From Takakia lepidozioides (Eukaryota > Plantae > Bryophyta), in NCBI GenBank assembly GCA_030704615.1, contig CM060734.1:48360001-48424000 (forward strand): a stretch of 64,000 nucleotides of DNA, in the 5' to 3' direction. The position numbers and the translations under genes are program-made. Within the stretch, counting starts at the first letter, position 1. Each line of letters starts with the position of its first letter. This document shows positions 61,479 to 64,000 of the stretch, one piece after another. The notes below the pieces were generated by a model. That model was not told the origin of the DNA. It saw only the letters and a program-made list of their open reading frames with translations, and searched no databases.

Positions 61479-61990
61479 CTAGTGGTAAAATAACTTGACA
61501 CCTTCAAGATGTGGAACTCTAGAAACAAGTGGCGTTCCCTGGGCATACATGTTCACCGCCCGTGCTATCTTGATTGGATCCCCAGATCTGTTTGCAGCAC
61601 GAGTTGTCGGACCCTTGCCACCAACCCCACCTTGCAAGAAATCACGGTATCGGGTTTGTTGTTGCAAAGCACGTATCAAATCATCTGTTGTTGCCACATA
61701 CAAATCCCGACCTCGTTTCCCAGACTGCTGCAACCATGCGTTGTGCACAGTTTCTGCCAAATTGCAAGATGGCATGTCCGCCATTTCCTCAATGGACATG
61801 TTCTGCAAAATGGAGAACCACACTTCAAAACAGTGCACAGAAAATAACATAAAGAAAGCGAGGAGACAATAAAATGGAAAGTAAATGTATGAATAAAGCA
61901 AGAAATATAAGCCTCGTACCACTGCCATGGCTGCTCCCCACTGTCTATACCGGAAGTGCCAAAACGTCAGCCAATCTTCCAATGCTCTCA
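61479..61990 (-). mobile_element. Transposase-like remnant, possibly Mutator-like, with a probable intron; interrupted by a LINE
   Basis: WLTFWHFRYRQWG and PSCNLAETVHNAW resemble the MULE 'N..E..H' catalytic Glu region. Confidence 0.45.
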
Positions 61991-62504
61991 TACTTCCCCT
62001 TCCCTAGAAATAACCATTTACTTCGTTAAATTCACATACTGTAACGACCGCTACCCAGCCCCCTCCACGCTAGAGAAACGACAAAAATATGCCCCCCTCA
62101 TCCTCGCCATCCACCAGCGTGGGTGGCGCATCGGCCCCCTATCAGTTATCACAGCCGGTACTAGAGGTAGGATTCATATCGCCAGTATAAACGCGCTACA
62201 TGACAATCTTAAAATCCCTATCCCCCCGATCCAATGCTTTAAAGCCATCCACCTCACTGCACTCCGCTCCCTCACTGCCATCATCACCAATAAGTGACAA
62301 CTCGAGTCCAACCCCTCTGCGGCATCCCAGGGTACCCTGGGGTATCCCCGGGTACCCTAGGCACCGCTACCCTATTTACTACCTCCCCTGGTTACTCGGT
62401 GTCCCCTGGACACATGTTCTCTTTATAGGGCCCACCCCCGAAAGGGGGCAGTAGCCGTAAGGCGAAGTGACTCTTAGTTACGCCGGCTTTGGCCGGAGTC
62501 TTCT
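61991..62504 (+). mobile_element. 5'-truncated LINE with a C-terminal restriction-like endonuclease region (Dualen/RandI-like) and a structured 3' UTR
   Basis: YFVKFTYCNDRY..LEKRQKYAPL..RGW..VITAGTRGRI; TSD CTCTCA (61985-61990, 62505-62510). Removing the insert restores SSLRALEDWL in the host ORF. Confidence 0.75.
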
Positions 62505-62599
62505 CTCTCAAGGACGAGAACATGACTGAACACAAACAAGAGATCAGACTAGAGGTACAAGACTAGACAAGAAGTCAACGTCGGCGTGGCCGAATGCAT

Positions 62600-64000
62600 G
62601 GTGGGTAAACATTATTTTGTCATCGGAGAAGAAAACTTGCTCCATGTCTGAAGGCTGTGAAAAAAACTCATCGGAGGGACGATGAGTAGGGTTGAGCCTA
62701 TCTGCATTGACGCGCATGAAACCACAATCATCTTGCACTAGTGTTGCGGAGGGCCCCACAAGATGTGGCTGGAACCACCTTCCCTTGAAGAGAAGAGGCC
62801 GGTACCTTGTATACTGAAGTTGGAGTATGTTCTCAAGCTCTCTAATGTACTCAAGTTTGCTCATAGCAGGTCGTGTATCTCCCTTGCCCCACACGGAGTC
62901 TTGCCAATATGTGGCACACAAGCTAGAATCAAAGGTTGTTTTGCGCTTCATGTCAAGAGCACGAATGTGAAAATGACGACCGTGAACCCAAACCGCCGTG
63001 TATGAGGTCGCGAATTGAGAGGGGCCCCTTGCAATGTCTTGCACCAAATCTGAAACCACCTCTCATTGAGCAACGGCGTCATAAACTGAAGTCCAAAGCC
63101 ACTGTTGGAATGAACTTAGAGGCTGCAATTCCATGGGCAAATTTTGTGAAGGAACATTCCGACGGCCCGCTCCTCGTCATGGGCGTCTAGTAACCGGCCT
63201 TGGATGGTTCCGCCTCCATGCAAGCATCTCCTCCTCTCGTTGCTGAACAAGATTATTGTATCTTGCCTCCAACTCATGTATGGATGGGGTGTTCTTCAGT
63301 ATGAAGTCATGCGCTTGCTCAATCACCAAGGTCAGCAATTTTACCCTCTTCGATTTTTTGGGCAAAACGATGTCTTTGGTTCGTGCATCCTCCTCTTCCT
63401 TCCACATCCGAGGGGATTCCTCATCCACCCTTGCCATGTACTCCGTGCAATAGAACATAGCTTCTTGCAACGTATACCTCTCCGCCATGCTACCCTCCGG
63501 GTGCGTCATTTATCTTACAAATCCTTTCAAAGTCTTCATATAACGCTCAAGGAAGTACATCCACCGAGAATGAATGGGGCCGGCAATCGAAGCCTCTTCC
63601 ACTAAGTGCACTTGGATGTCAAAGAAGGAGGGAGGAAGGTGCATCTCCAACATACACATTACCTCCGCCGCCTCTTTCTTCATGCGTGGAAAATCTGCTT
63701 CTTCCAACTTTTTGGAGCAAATCCACCGGAACAAGCCTCCCAATCTATAGATTGTCTCACGAACCTCGGGAGTCCCACGTACTGCAATGGGCAAGATGTC
63801 TTGCAATAGATTGTGGTAGTCATGAGACTTCAAACCATGGACCCCGTCTTCTTCGCTGAACTTCGTACGGAGGGATGACCCATAATCAGTTAGTGTTCGG
63901 ACAACACTTATGGTGTCTATCACTTTCTTGTATTCCTCCTTTGTCCATTGTCAAGGTGCGCGCCTATACTTCCACCGTACAACACCCTTTGGGTCCACAC
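62600..64000 (-). mobile_element. CACTA/En-Spm transposase remnant, continuing beyond the window end
   Basis: GLKSHDYHNLLQ, FFDIQVHL, GPIHSRWMYFLERYMKTLK, PEGSMAERY, LFKGRWF, DDCGF, QVFF; internal stops. Confidence 0.92.

Noticed and set aside
62428-62500. Hammerhead or HDV-like ribozyme
   Set aside because: The CUGANGA/GAAA core is missing and no nested double pseudoknot is evident; kept only as a structured 3' UTR.

Overview
Eukaryotic plant genomic DNA. A non-seed land plant is my inference, from the intron-containing GDSL lipases and the transposon spectrum. The left half (1-35 kb) is a GDSL esterase/lipase cluster built by a recent complex rearrangement: an inverted duplication (<=1-8181 vs 26454->=34623) and a direct duplication (5602-14834 vs 19367-26453). 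It carries hAT MITEs and LINE fragments. Two GDSL copies look intact (9326-14041 and 23079-25665, both minus strand) and two look disabled. The right half is nested transposons. A Ty1/copia element (35175-39463) and a young, near-intact 13.4-kb Ty3/gypsy element with three accessory ORFs (39670-53108) are both inserted in exon 1 of one GDSL gene. Next comes a minus-strand Ty3/gypsy element whose single polyprotein frame reads Gag-protease-C5 cytosine DNA methyltransferase (DNMT3-like)-RT-RNase H (about 53371-59025), which is the main finding. Mutator-like, Dualen/RandI-like LINE and CACTA remnants end the window. All calls were made by eye from the sequence and the ORF track; no searches were run.
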